Shown here piece by piece: positions 27,613 through 42,562 of a DNA stretch of 64,000 nt; within the stretch, counting starts at the first letter, position 1, and each line of letters starts with the position of its first letter. Origin of the DNA: Paramecium tetraurelia (lineage: Eukaryota); NCBI GenBank assembly GCA_000165425.1, contig CT868018.1, forward strand, positions 137,204 through 201,203, written 5' to 3'. The position numbers and the translations under genes are program-made. The notes below the pieces were generated by a model that was given only the letters and a program-made list of their open reading frames with translations, was not told the origin of the DNA and did no database searches.

Positions 27613-30600
27613 TCAAACTATTTCTTATTATTGTAACAATAATCTAAGTTATCTTTCATAAGATTCATCTTCAATCAATATCTGTAAGGGAATTATGTTA
27701 ACTATTTTCTTTATTAAATACTATTGAAATATCAAATACTATCTTAATAATTTTGCAATTAGTAATAATCCAGCTAATGCTATCACAAAATAAACAATTG
27801 AAAGAGACTAAATCAATATTAAGAATTTACCTTGCTAAATTGTAGCTGCACATTGGTTATTTCTTCAATTCCATATGACAACTAATCATTCAATTGTATA
27901 AATATTCTAGTTATAACTTAGGAGCCTTCTTATTCATAGAGATTATATGCTAGCCTATGAGTGAAATTATTGATGGCCTATTCTGCTTTTACTTAGTTGG
28001 TAATATAATTTAAAGTCTAAATGGTACCTTCCTTTAATGTTCCCTCAAAGGCTAGATTACATTAATTGTACATAAAAGCTTTATAGTTCTACAAAATTAA
28101 TTACAAATACATCTGCTAAAACTTCACATAGATTTTCAGTCAATACATTTGTTTAATAATCAATAAATGTCTGAGTGACAATTAATTGATCAAAATCGAA
28201 AGAATTGACTTGCAAAACATATTAGTTCATGATTGAAAGTGCTTCGTCTATTAGAATATACAATTTTTGTTTATCACTGTCAGTCAGATATGTAAAATTG
28301 TCCCATCGATAAAAAATCTCTTTTTACATCAGAACACCTCCTGATCTAAGTTTCAAATCAGAGATCAATTTAAAAAAATCTATTGTTGATAGATACTTTC
28401 TAAAGAAGCTTTAATTAGATTAATCTACTAGTGTTGAATAAGAAACAAAAATAGTACAAAAAAATAATAAAATTAACGCAGGCTTCAATCTACTTACTTT
28501 AAATACTCTTTTTAATTTAATATTTTTTTTATGTTAAGAATTATTTCCAATTCCATTTTAAACTTTATTCTGGCAATATTCAAAACTAAATTAATAATCA
28601 AATATCATTTTTTCATCATGAAGAATTTAAGATAGCATTAATTTTAATTTTGTAATTTCATTCTCCAAGCGATCTAAAGATAAATAATCCATCAGATATA
28701 AAAACTTATCATATTGGACTAAATATTGATTGTAATAAAAAAATGATATCATATTTGCTAAAATTACGATTAGAATTGAAATCAACCAGAATATCATCCA
28801 TTTTTGATTAACACTGTTTGATCTTTCTTTTGAATAGACAAAGATCTCATCACTAATTTATGTTAATAAATCATGCAAATCAAAGTAGTTAGCATAAAGA
28901 AATACTTAAAAAGGAGACCCACTTGGGCTTTCTCTCGTTGCATACTTTTTCGCATATGCGAATTAATATTGTAATACAACCAATAGCACCTCCCTAAAAG
29001 TCATTTGTTTTGAAATCACAGAAGTTTCATTCTCCTTCATGAATCTGATATTCATATCATAATCATTATAAAACAACTACAAATATGGATTATTTAATTA
29101 AGTATATAGACTATCTTTAAATTCTAGATATCCTTAATAAATGTTATCATAATACGGATCTGTTAATTGTTTAAAGAGAGTCTAATTTATGAATCCTTCA
29201 CTTAAGGCTTACTAATAAGAAGATAATGTAATTCTCATTGAGAAATAAAGATCATGGGGAGCCATTACATCTGAGTGAAGCCCTATCATGTTTATGTCAA
29301 CAATACTGTTATCCAAGTCAGTTGGCATTTATGATAAAATGATGATGAAATAAATCATTTATATCAAGTTTTGAATTAATAAAAAACCTATAAACTAATT
29401 GATTTTTAAGGGAGGTTTTTAAGAAGTTATCTTCTCGATTAACTCATACTTTTTATAAAATAAAGATTAATTTATGCTTGCAACGGATGATTAAGATTGA
29501 GCCTATTAATGTATGTGTAAATCTTATTCCTCCTATTATTATCTATCATCGTTTTGTTCCTATGATTTTATTGATGATTTATCCTAATAAGGTAATAGAT
29601 GAGAGAATTTGCAATTATAAAACGTTTATTATTATTGCTTCCTTTTTATTTTTAAAGGAGACTCATTGATCTCGTATTAATTTAATAAGTTATCAATAAC
29701 TTGATTTTGAGGAGTCTCTCTCATTTGTGTTTGCAGTTATCGGGTACTCTAATCAACGTTATTATTAAGCATGGTAGTTAATGGTGAAAAAAGAGATGCT
29801 TAATTATTTAAATCTTGTATATAGATCTAATTTGGATGATCATCATTACCCTAACTGATAATGCAGTTTTAACTATAGCTTATATTGGATGTTTCCGATA
29901 TATATGATTCTTACTCATAAATTTCATCTTCAAAAGTGTTGTTTTGTCCACTCAATTACTATATATCCTAAATTTCTATTACATAATATGAAAAATCTTA
30001 ATGGTTTCTTTCAAATATATTGAGTTTAGCTATAAAGGATAAAACTTTTTCCTTTTATTTCCATATAATTGGATTTAAATTGGACATTCTTTTCTCCTTA
30101 TCCTCCACCATTGTGGATTTTCTCACTTTTAAATAATCAAAAAAAAATAGCTTTTCAACCAAAAATCTATTATCTTCCTGCTTCTTTTACAAGGCTTCGT
30201 CAAATAAAGGGAAAATGTTATATATTGATATTTCATTCAAATATTTATGTTTCACCATTTTTGTAATCAAATTATCATCATAACCTATTTTTTACAGAAA
30301 ATTGAAGGATAAACTTACAAAACTTTTATCAAAACCATCCACAATGATGTAGCATTTTTCATAAACTAATTCTTAAATAAACGCAACAAAAACCAATTGA
30401 GAATGATGAAAAACAGATGTCGTATCATAGCATAATTAAATCCCTTTAACTAAACAATCATGGCAATTTACAAAATTTGAACTAAAATTTCTATAGTATC
30501 GAGATTTCCCTGTTGATAAAAAGTTGTTAACCATTAAAGGATGGTATTGATAAAAAAATAACGGTAATATTTCTCTAAAACATGTATTTAATTAATTTGG

Positions 30601-32730
30601 TTTTCCTATTAGATTGAGCATTTGATTAGAGATAGTTTACACTTCTAATTGCTTTAAGTCTTCATTCAAGGATAAGATTACATATGCACTCTATTACTAA
30701 GATAAATTCAATGCAGAATGATTATTTTAGATGAACTTTAGATCTCCATTAATAGAATAATTGTATATTTTATTAGCTTCTAAGTAATTACTGTATAATT
30801 CAGCCAAAAAAAATGTGAGTGCCTTTTGTAATCTAATACTAGGGTATTTCTCAAATTAAATTTTTATATAATTCTCTGTTTCATTAAGATTAGAGCAAAG
30901 GTCATTGGTTTGTTTGAGGGATTTCTGTAAACTAAATTATTTTTGTGCTTTAATTAATTCAGAAAAAAAGGAGACTTTTGAATTTATAAGATTAATGATC
31001 ATTTATTTGACCGTTTATATGATGAATTCATAATTTAAATATTGATTAATAGAGTCAGAAATAAATGTTTATTAGGCTGCTTATAAAGAAGAACCAAAAG
31101 AAGCTTTCATATTCCATTTTGTTTAATTAAACAGTTGGATAATCCTCACTCTATCAATAATTCCTAAAGTAATTTTAAAATACAATTTCATCTCATTGGC
31201 ATTATCTTTCTCTTTCTAAGAATCCAATGATTTTAACCTCCTATATAATTAGGTCGTTGATCTTATGGTCATTTCCTTATTGTATTTTTAGATGTTCGTT
31301 TTATCAAATTATTGATTAGCATTTGAATTAATTGGAGGATTGACAGTATCATTAATAAGGATTTTGTTAAAAGCCTTAGCTGCCAGCATTGTCCAACCAA
31401 AATCATGAAGTAATATAGCATATTGAATGAGTAATTCTTAATTACAGTAGAATTCTGAGGACTTCTTATTGATAACCTTCTAAATGATAGATATTTTTTC
31501 AAATATAAAGTTTCTAAATATTTATCCTGTTATCGCATTCGCTTATCTTGGTTCAGCTATATAAAAAGTAGTTGTGCAGGAACATTATTTGTGTAGACAT
31601 TACTTAGAATGGAAATAATTAATCAAAGAGGACCTAATAACTACATAATGATCACCGATATCACATTTATTGAGTATGCAAATTAAAACATTCATAACTT
31701 CTTTAATATTAGGTGTATTATCAGATTTAAATAGTACTAGAAACTGTTAAGTCTTTACTTAGTTGACATTCTATAAGATATATACTAAAATTAAAGGAGT
31801 TATATTTAGTAATAAAAAGGTATAATTAATTGTGTAAGTAAAGTTCTCAATAAATTTAAGGATGCAAAAGAGCAATTAAAAGAGATGACCAGAATATAGG
31901 ATAATTTCTTAATATCTATAAATATAAATGGAATTAGCAAATTAATTTCTGATGGCAACTACTTAAATAAAGCACACTAAAATACACTGTAGAATTGCAA
32001 TAGATTACGTAGTTTCCATCAAAGCAAATAAAATGACTGAGATAGTTGAAAATATGTATATAATTAAATGAGATTCTGTAACTTTGGATCTTTCCATAGG
32101 CCGCATTTTAAATGTTATGGGTTATCTGTTGATTAAGCAAATCATAATTTAATCTAATTGTAATAATACGAATGTGATAATCTATAATGTTAAATTAATG
32201 TATTATAAGGTTTAGCCGGCTTAGATTAAAGAGACGCTTCTCTTGATTGACAGTAATATGAGAGTGTTAAAGGGTATAATAAAAATTGGACAAAGTAATT
32301 GTTGATAGCAGCTTTGAATTCTAATAAAAATTTGTAAAGGCAAGTGATGCTAAATTAATTGCACAAATTTATCTGAGTGTTAATGATTTTTTAAAATAAA
32401 CATTAGCAGTATAAAGCCTAGTTTACTTATCAATATGAGTCCAAAAATAAATAAATATATTAATTCTTCTTTGACTTGATAATTTGTGAAAATGTAAATC
32501 TCTATCCTAATGATGAAGGTATATATTAGATCTATGGATGAGTTTATTTGGAAATCCTTTATTTGTGTTATTGTTGGATGAATAACCATCAGTAAGGATT
32601 GGAGAGAATTTGTTAGCAGTAAATAAATTTCAATGGCTTATGAACAAACAAATTATCCTCTCACAAAAATGGCTGTCATCACCCAGAGGTCATAGAGAGA
32701 CGAAATTTTATTCAATTGTTTTTTTATCAT
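27613..32730 (-). CDS. Large polytopic membrane protein with PAS-like domain (TmcB-like ciliate family), copy 1, ~1,690 aa
   Basis: A ~4.6-kb exon reads through without TGA; N-terminal TM cluster, HSKQCLHKQCSC motif, PAS-like ILPLFFYQYHPLMVNNFLSTGKS, C-terminal TMs and IIPLQILIEDESYER; two introns near the 3' end. Confidence 0.85.
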
Positions 32731-32784
32731 ATATATGATGATGTTTAAGATTGATTCGTTGTTTAATATACTTATGACTATAAA

Positions 32785-35700
32785 TCAAATTAAACCTTGA
32801 TGCAGTGCTATTTCTCTGAGATATCTTTCCAAAGACTCATCATATAGGATTGATTCTTTCGGTATCAAAAATAACGACTATCTGATTTAGTGGTATTCCT
32901 TTATTAAGTATTTTCTATAGAGTTACTTTATGAAAACAATTAGAAAAGCAGATATGAGTAAATAAATTAACGAGAAATACTAAAAAAATTAATTAATGAT
33001 CTTACTATCAAAAAGTTGTTCTATTCATTGCAAGTGTCTTTAACACTCTGCAACAACAAATCAGATAACTTAAAAGGAGATTTAGTGATTATCTATGATC
33101 CTTCCTACTCGTACAATTCAATTTCTACTCTTTTGGTGAAATTATTAATCTACTATTAACTACGGATTGAGTTGGAAATAGAATTCAATGTTTGTATTAA
33201 CCCTTTTGATAGTGTATCTTCAAAGGACTTATCGCAATAAAATAACATAAAATCTTCCAATTGCTAAAATAAATGAGCTCTTACATCTATAATTTCTAAG
33301 CAAATATTATTTTGCTAGATGTCTATAAACTTATCCGTAAATTTGTTGCCAACCAAATATTATGATGAATCATAAGTTGATGACAGGAGTATATATTGAG
33401 CAATTACGTAATGTGACTAATCAATATACTAATATAAGAGGTCTCTTTCACCTTGAGTTAAGAAAGTGAAATTATCCCATCTAAGACTGATTTCTTTAAA
33501 TAAATAAATGCTTCCACTCTTTAATTTAAGATCTTGAATTATTTTATAAAGTATGACAGTATCATTATATTTAGATAAAAATGTTTACGATTTATAGAAT
33601 ATTACACTTGTGTATATCAAATAAACCACAGTGATAGAAACTATGACTGAGTAGACATTAAATCTTGACAAGTGTTATCTATTTCTATTCAATAGCTTAA
33701 GATGATGCACTTTACCTCTGCCATATTAAGTTTATGTTTTTTCTTACTCATATAATTCTTGATCAAAGTGATACCTCATTATGTCATCCGAATTTGATTG
33801 CAACTATTATAATATAGTTTCGCATCTATTTAGTTGATCATAAATTAATTATTTATTAAACTCATTGAATATTAGTAGGAATTGATCATAATACTTAATG
33901 TATTAATTAAAGTTACATAGTCCAACAAAACCAAAGGTTATCAATAATACTTAAAGTATAATCCAAAATATTTTACCCTTATTATCAATAACCTCTTTTG
34001 TGTTTATTAACCATCCTTATATATCTTGAGCAATTGAATCAATCTTCTCATGAAACAGAAAATAATTAGCCATCTAAAAAATTTAACATGCCTTTCCAGA
34101 TGTGCTTTATCTTTATTCAATAGTTCTCATATGATCATACTAATACTATAGGATTGTTAAAAGAGATTCTCTAAAACTTGTTTACATATGTTGCAATTCT
34201 GTTTCATTTTCATTCATAAATCTTAAAGTTAAAACAATGTCATTAAAAAATTCTTACAAATACACATTTCTTAATTGTCTGTAGAAACTATCTTTCAATT
34301 CCAAATAGCCTTATCTTATATTCACATAAAATGGATTAGTTAATTAATCTACTTAATTTTGACTTAACAATCCTTCTCTTTGCATCTATTAATATGAAGA
34401 CACAGTAATTTTCATTGAAAAAAATAAATCATGAGGTCCCATAATACTTGCATGTAATGATCCCATTTCAATGTTATCTATTATAAATATCATGTCTGAA
34501 GTCATATTTATGGTTACTAAAAAAGAAAATACAAAAAATATTAAACTTTGTCCTATAAAAAAGAATAAAAATGAGTCTATTTTTTTTGGATTCCTTTTTT
34601 CAGTCATCTTCTCAAATAATTAATATCTTTTATAAAAGAATGGTCTATAAAAGCCTGCAACACTAGATGATTATTGTCCCATTCTTTCTAATTATTGATT
34701 ATTTATTCTTGAATTTTATACTTCATTATTTTTTTTCTTCTCTGGTGAGTACTCTTCTTTCTCTAGTTAACTATTTTAGAGATCGCTTTCAACAAATGAT
34801 TTATTGAATGATTTATAAAACTCTTATGCATTTCTAGCTCTGCTACTTAATAGATTTGAATAACTTTAATTTTATTGTATAAATGATGATTAATTCAAGT
34901 TCTTCATTTATTCCTAACTCTAATTCAGTAAAATGCTTTATTTTAATTTCGAGGTTTATATTCTTAAATTGTTCTTCTTTCTTTCTTGACCAAACTAACT
35001 AAATGATAATAAACTCATAATCTTTAGATGCTTCCCTTTCCATTTTGATCCCTTACTCATAGTACTCTCTCCTAAGCAAGGCTTGTAAATTTCAAGCATT
35101 TTCTTTCTCTCTTCATAGCTTAAAATTTGTTTCAATGATATAAATTCTAATAAATAGTAGTAAGCAAGTTGAACAATAACTTTTTCTATTTTTATTTCAA
35201 TATTAAAACAGTTAATATTTTCTTTGTTTCTCCAAATATAATAATTTTAATCCTTTTTAATACTTGATTGGGTTAATATTGCTTCTTAACTATATTATGG
35301 TTTCAGAAAGAAACACAATGTAGTCACTATATCAGTATTCATTTCTGCTTTATTCAACATATTAAAATAAGGAATCATAGTAAGAATTCTTATTTAGTGC
35401 AATGCACCATCCTCAATAAATTATTTTTATTAAAATTCATTGATTCCAAAAGTTTAGAGAGCTTAGCTTGTAAAATATGCAATTTAAGTCTGGCCATCTA
35501 CGACTATAATCGGAAGATCTGTGTTTACACTTTATAAAAAACTAACAAATATAAACTTATCTATTTTAAAAATTTGAGTATTATCTATGCATAAACTCAC
35601 TTATTTCAACAATCCATTATGACTCTTAATAAATGTATGATTAAAATTTCTATAAAACTTGTTTTGTCCAGTATGAAAAAAGTTCTAGACTGAAGTCTCA

Positions 35701-37821
35701 TGATACTTATTATAAAATTAAGGAATGATATCATTAAAGTTATAGTTAGCAAAATCAAATGTTACTCCAAATAATTTAAAAAAATTATGAGATGTTTAGA
35801 TCATACTAAAAGTTCTAAAATTTTCATCCACTGATATGAGAATGTAAGAACTTATATCAGCAGACAAGTTTAAGTTTTTTATTCCTCTGTACTTTATTTA
35901 ATTCTCCTTTAAATTTACCTCTGACTATTTTATATTAAATGCTGCTAGTAAATTATTCATAATTTATGCCTCGAAGTAGCAGAATGCTTTTTATATAGAC
36001 AAATCTGGATTTAAAGTAAATAGGGAGTAAAATTACTGTTCAATTTTCAACAAATATTCTGAAGCTTCTTTGACCTTGTTGAAAAGATGAGAAAAAGTAT
36101 ATCCAGAATCTGAATCTAATATTTCATAAATCTAAATTTTTAATTTTACACATTCTTTCATTCCAACTAATAATTCCTGCTAATTTGATTGACTAATTAA
36201 AAATTCATTTAAGTATTATCGTATCAAAGTTTGGCTTGCTGCCCTAAGGGATGTTCCTAAATTTGCTTCAAATTTGATTCTAGACTATTATAACACTAGG
36301 TTTATCTAGACTTATTCAATTATAGACAACATGATTTTGATTTTGGTTTATTCCTTCTCCTTATAATCTTTCTAACTAAATTAACCCTATTTTATACTTC
36401 ATAAAGTGATAAAGGAATGAAACATTAAAGACTTGATTTTCTTTAAGCTTTTTCAATTGGCTAAGAATTTGCAAGGAAATCATCATTTAATTGAAATCAT
36501 GAAGAAGGATTGCTGTAGATATCAATAAATCCTGTTTTACTTAGTTTTTCATTTTGGTTAAAAACAGTTTCTTAATCAGTTGTTTGTATTGAATGTTCAT
36601 AAAATTATTTACCATTAAGCTTGTTGTAGCATTAATTTATGTGCTTTCTGTTATATTGTAGTCCAGTTCACAAACACAAGATGATTTCTTGCATTATTTT
36701 TTATGATGGAAGTATATTAAGGATTGCTTGAAATTCTTGTTACTTTAAACGCAATCGCAATTGTTTAAGATTCTTACTAATTAATAAAGAATTTAATTAA
36801 TATTCAAATTCTCAATCTAATCAAGGTCATTATTTTTGTTTAAAAATATAGCTGTGAAATGTTTAATATCCTGATTCTCTTAAAATTTATTAAAGATATA
36901 GATAATTGATGGCATTGTTAAAAGAGACATTAATTAAATTTCTTGTTGATTTACACCGCTATAACTCATTATAGTATATATTCCATTCATAATTAAGAAG
37001 GCCTGAGAGGCTAAAAATATTTTTTTTTATGTTTCATATATAAAACCACAATTTCTTACTTAATTTATAACTTAAAAAAGTGATAAGAGTATAATTACGA
37101 TTTGTTAGATTTATTGTAAATATATCGATTGACTCTAATCAGAGAGGATGACTTAAAGTAATCTAATTTTGAGGATATAATAATCAAAATTCGAAATCTG
37201 AAATTATTTGCATTTCAGAGTTTTAAAAGAAGTAGGATGATGATCTATTCTCATAAAAAATAGTGTATCAACTGCATAAAACACTTAACCAAAAACACAA
37301 AGAAAGGATTTTAGAATTGATGAAGTGAGACCTGCATTGAAATCTCTTAATGATTAGTTAAAAGAATATAAAAAAATCCTAGTTATTGGCAAAATAAAAT
37401 ATATTCCTAAGAAACTTTAATAATAAGTAATTATCTAAATTAAATACTAGACTATATCCTTTTATAAGTACTTCTTAAAGTATGTTTCATAAAAAGAGTT
37501 CAGCAAACAAATCAGAATGAATAATGATTTCTGAATAAGCCAAATTAGCAATAAAATGATGTAAAATTCTCCATTAAAATATCCATTTTATATAATTATG
37601 ATGTCTGGTCTAATGAACATTTGCAAAAGTTTATAAATAATATTTTCATCAACTTCAATTTACTTTTTGAAATAAAAAGGCTAAAATAATGCTAAACTGA
37701 AAACTAAATATTACACCACATTGGGGCATTTGAATTACTAATTTAACAAATATGTAGTTTTAATCCATTAATCTAACATCGAAGAGAATTTAATATATTT
37801 CTATTTGGAAGCTGCATACAT
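32785..37821 (-). CDS. Large polytopic membrane protein with PAS-like domain (TmcB-like), copy 2, ~1,655 aa
   Basis: Colinear with copy 1 (HKKQCKKSSCVC; IIPQFYNKYHETSVQNFFHTGQ; GPHDLFFSMKIT; LYEQEGSQII; LIPKESILYDESLER); three introns. Confidence 0.85.
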
Positions 37822-38661
37822 ATTTAATTTTATATATTTTATTTTAAATTGTCTTGATTAACCAGCAATAAAATTGTTAATAAGAATATATTTAGCATAA
37901 CGATGAGAAGTTGATAAACAATATTCAAAACAAATATCAAATATACAATTTGCAATAGAAGTAATCACCTGAAAAGATTCTTTCAAATATATATAATTAA
38001 AAAATTCTAAAAAGAGTATTTAATTAAATTGTTGAAATCCTGTATGAATAAAACATAAGATTTACAGCTTAGAAAGGATTGAATATCAATTTATATTTCA
38101 ATCAGTAAAATTGTGTATGCAAAGTGAATAGAAATATTGTATCTTAGAATAAACTCTTAATAGAACGTTGGATATTAATACTCATTAATAAAGCTATTCA
38201 GATACTTACTGTTTTGTACCTATTGAATCCATCTATTGATATTCTATAGGATATATAAAGTGAAGGTTAGAAAGCTTGATTTGAAAATGGTCTTAATAAA
38301 TGATATATTTTGAGACTATGGAATAATAAGATTTAAATTAGGTTTTATATGAGATTAGGTACTGTTTTTAGTTTAAATGAGAAAATATCATATAATATGA
38401 ACTCATATCATATTCTTTTGCGTGGTTGTTGTGGAAATTATAATTGAAAAGACTTGGATTTTGTTAAGTTTGACTCACTAGATAATAGTATTCCTTATTT
38501 AGAAGGAGAGGGAATGATAATTAAAATAACTACATAAGACTAGTGAAATAAAAAATTATATATTTTTAGGTTTCCAATAATTGATATATGTAGAATTTAA
38601 GCAAGAATTTATTTTTAACGTCATTATTAAAATTTAACAATATTTATTTTCTGTTATTACA

Positions 38662-39612
38662 ATGAGTACATTTTAAAGACCAACATCATCTAGAAAGAAT
38701 ACTAATACGCTACCAGCTCAATAGGGAGACTTAGAGGAATATATGTAATTTATTTAATTTGATGTTAGTTAAATCTTATATGATCATTAAAAGAGCTGTG
38801 AAAAGGCTGGAAAATATCTTGAGGCAGATCAAGCAAAAAAGAGACTGGCTGAATTGAAGAAGGAATTGGATTATAAAAATAAAGGAGATGTCAAAGATAG
38901 ACATTGTTCTGAGAAATAGGAAATTGAGAAAGCTCACTGTGAGGAATTTAATCAATTCAATACATTTTGGGATTAAAAAATGATAGAGTTTGATTAGGAA
39001 GCTCAAAAGGTGAAAGAGTAAACTCTTTAAAGACACGAGGATGAGTTGAGACAATTTTCAGAAGAGCTTGAGAATTCTATTCCTGTAAAACCAAAAGACT
39101 CAGCTGAGTTATTGGCATTAAGAAAGACAGAGGAGTAATTAGCTAAATAAGAAAAGTATAGCAGTTCAATTAATTTTACAGTTATATGGAAGCCCATTTA
39201 ATCTAATAAAAAATCTTGGCATAGGAGAGAGACGAATTAGAGAAATGGACAGCAGGAAGACAATAAAAAATAAGAAATTTAATCACCTAACTTAGATAAA
39301 AATAGATTAATGAATTGAATGCACTTACATAAAGAATTTTAAGTGGACAAGAAGAGCAAAGAAAAATCAGATCCTAAGAATTAGAAAAGTATTTTATTTG
39401 TAAATCATTAATTAGATTATTATAAAAATATCAAAATGTTAGGAAGGAATTAGAAAGCCAATAGGTTCAAGAGATGACTAGGTTGGACAAATCATGTAAA
39501 AATTAGTGTAATCTATTCCCAGTATGTTTTAGCTATAATGCAATAATCTAGAATGAATCAATCAAGAATGTAGTAAAGTTATGCTAAGGACGAAAACTAA
39601 TATATTAGATGA
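38662..39612 (+). CDS. Coiled-coil protein, probably ciliary/cytoskeletal
   Basis: LYDHQKSCEKAGKYLEADQAKKRL...EEFNQFNTFWDQKM...SAELLALRKTEEQLAKQ; four tiny introns. Confidence 0.8.
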
Positions 39613-39740
39613 GATTTAGTTAATATACTATAATAATATATAAATTAAAAATCTAAATAGGAACTGCTTGTGTCAAAAAGCAAAGAATTTCTCAAAAGAA
39701 TATAACCATAAATTCATATTTAATCTACAAAAACCTAGAA

Positions 39741-40368
39741 CTCAAGTCCACTTGTCAAAATAATTAAGCTTATGGAATTTGGCAGACTGATTTAGACAGA
39801 TGGATCTAATTATGTAATATTTAGGTTTTGTAAATTTACAGGAAGGTAATTGGATGAATAATGAATTATAATTTGGTTTTTGCAAATTTATAGATATTGA
39901 GGGTAATTATTATTAAGGAGAATGGAAAGATAATCAAAAGAATGGTTATGCTATGGAATATTGGATATCAGGGGATTCATATGAGGGTTAATATCGATGT
40001 GGTATGAAAAATGGAACAGGGAAACATTTGCGGGCAAATTGTAATAGTTATGAAGGATCTTATATGAATGATTAGATTCAAGGATTTGAAAAGTAAAAAT
40101 GGTCAGATGGCCAAGAGTATACTTGTGACTGGTTTCAGAATTATATGTAAAGTAAAGGCACCTTTGAATGGCCTAATGGAAATACATATGTTGGAATTTA
40201 TAAGGAAAATAAAATGATGGAAAAGGTATTTTTACTTTTAAGATGGTAAAATAATCAAAGGGACTTGGATATAAGGTAAAAAAAATGAAGTTGGTGTACT
40301 TACAGAACTAGATGGAAAGGAAATTGTGAGAATTTGGGATTAAGGAAGATTAGTTTCAAAAAGAATGA
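39741..40368 (+). pseudogene. MORN-repeat pseudogene
   Basis: MORN repeats (YQGEWKDNQKNG, YEGQYRCGMKNGTG) with indel frameshifts near 39776 and 40212-40241, loss of conserved Gly residues and no clear ATG. Confidence 0.75.
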
Positions 40369-40413
40369 TAATTTATATACACAAACACTAATTAATTTTA
40401 ATTAACAGATTAG

Positions 40414-42387
40414 ATGTCGGTTTAAAAATATAAAAAAAGTGGAAGTTGTAAAAGCGATTCAGCATATTCATTTAGTTAAGATGTCAATTTATTACAGGAT
40501 TATGAATATTTATTACAAAAGTCTGCTGAAGAATTAACAAAAGTCAAAGAATAAAATCAACTTTTAGAATAGTAACTCGCAACAGTTCAACCATTTCATC
40601 ATAATCAATAGCAATAGCAATACTCTACATTTTAATTTAATAAGAATGATTTATTGATTGAACAATTAAAATAAGAAAATGCAGATCTCAAACTTAAATT
40701 AGAAACTAAAACTAAAGCTCATAAAAAATTAAAATCTAAACTTAAGCAATATGAATAGATAATGTAAGAGAATGAAAATCTTAAACGAGATATATAAGAC
40801 TTGTTAAAGGAAAAAATAAATAATAAAGAAAATAGATAAAATTTTCTGAATTAATCCTCAAAGACTCATCAAACAAACATCTAATAATAAAATGTTAATC
40901 AAGCTTCTTGTAATAAGTTTAAACTAGATTTATCATTGGCATCAAATTTCAATTTCAAAGGTTTAGAAGAAGCTGATAAATTTCTATAAGAAACCAAAAT
41001 TCAGTCTTCAAGAGTTTCAAAATTATAAACCATACCAACTCCAAAGAGATGTTAAGAAATCTAAACTATTGAAATTAATTTTTCTGATTTTGATTTATAG
41101 AATACTTTAAGTCTTCAACAAGAATTTGTTTAATTCATTGAAGAAGCTATCTCCAAAGCAATTAACTAATTAAATCAAAGAATTTAGACCTCTTAAATTG
41201 AAAATTTTATTAAATCTAATGCAGATTTGGAATCTTAAATAATTGAATTATCTGAAGAGGTGTGGATTTTAAGAGAAAAAAACAAGATTCAATAAGAGTT
41301 TATTAAATAATTGAAATCGAATTTAGAGTAGTATGATTAAAGAGATTTTTAAGAGTTAATAAAACTCAACCAATAAGCAAATGATGTTATTTAAAATTAG
41401 TAATAAGAAATATAATCATTGTAAGAATTAGTAATTAAAACAGAGCAAGAATTACAATAGAAGTCTGAAATCATATTGGACAATATTTAAAATATTGAAA
41501 AGGCAGTAAAACAGCTAACCATTTAAGAGAACATTCAAGATGAAAACAAAGAAAATTAATCATGTTTCAGTAATTAAAAGATACAAAAGAAATAGATAAA
41601 ATATTCTAGTTTGTAATCAACTTCAACTCTGAGTAAATAACCTCCATAACCATCAGTTGATTTTTAAGAGTTTAATGAAATGAAAACAAGCTTTTAGAAG
41701 ATCTTTACAGAGGTAGAATAATTTCAATAATTACTTATTGAATTTTAAGAGTAAGAGCAAAATAATAGTGTTTCAAATTAAGAATTATTTGAACTTCTAG
41801 AACTATTTTAAGAAGAATTCAGTTATAGGGAGAACACAACTATTAAAGATCAAATCAAATATTACATCACTTAAACATTAAATTAGAATGAGCTATTAAA
41901 AAATAAATACTTAGATCTGATATACAAAGTAATATTGAATTAAATAAAAACAGATACTCGAAGAACTGAGTAATTAGTGAAAAATGATTAAAAACTATAA
42001 GATGCTTTGAAATGGTTATTACAAAATACTAAGCGAAGCCAATCTGTATAAACAATTGTATATAACTGCGATATATTAACAGAAATGATAGTTAAAAAAC
42101 TCAATAATTCAACAAGAATGAGTGAACTTCATGAAATAATAACTATGTAAATGAAAGTTATTTATACATTACTTCAATCTTTGTAAATTGGAAAAAATGC
42201 CTTATAAAGTAGCAGAACAGTTTTAGTGAAAAATGAGAAATAAGAAAATTTGATGAATGAGGCAATTTAAGATTTGAAGGAATTAAATAAAAGAATAAGC
42301 AATTTACCAGATACTAACGACGATCTTGAAAGTGCAGACGTAAAGGAAAACATTCGTTAAATTTGCAACAAATTTTTAATGATTTGA
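40414..42387 (+). CDS. Long Q/E/K-rich coiled-coil protein (657 aa)
   Basis: Intronless frame ATG 40414 to TGA 42385-42387; heptad-rich. Confidence 0.8.
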
Positions 42388-42562
42388 ACAAGATTGAAAA
42401 TTCTAATTGTTTTTTTTACTTTATAAATAATTTCAGATTATTTTTGTAATATATCTTTAGTCATTTCAAATGAGTTCTTTTTGTAGAAACAAAGTATTCT
42501 TAGTAAACTTGAAATTGGTAAATTAATATTTAATATTAAATATTTTGAATTTAACGATTAAA

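Noticed and set aside
36372..36400. Apparent in-frame TGA or frameshift suggesting PAS-TM copy 2 is a pseudogene
   Set aside because: Resolved by a canonical 22-nt intron (GTATAAAATAGGGTTAATTTAG), so no readthrough or selenocysteine is needed.
37900..38600. Coding-like fragments
   Set aside because: No consistent frame or recognisable domain; may be a decayed gene but cannot be supported.
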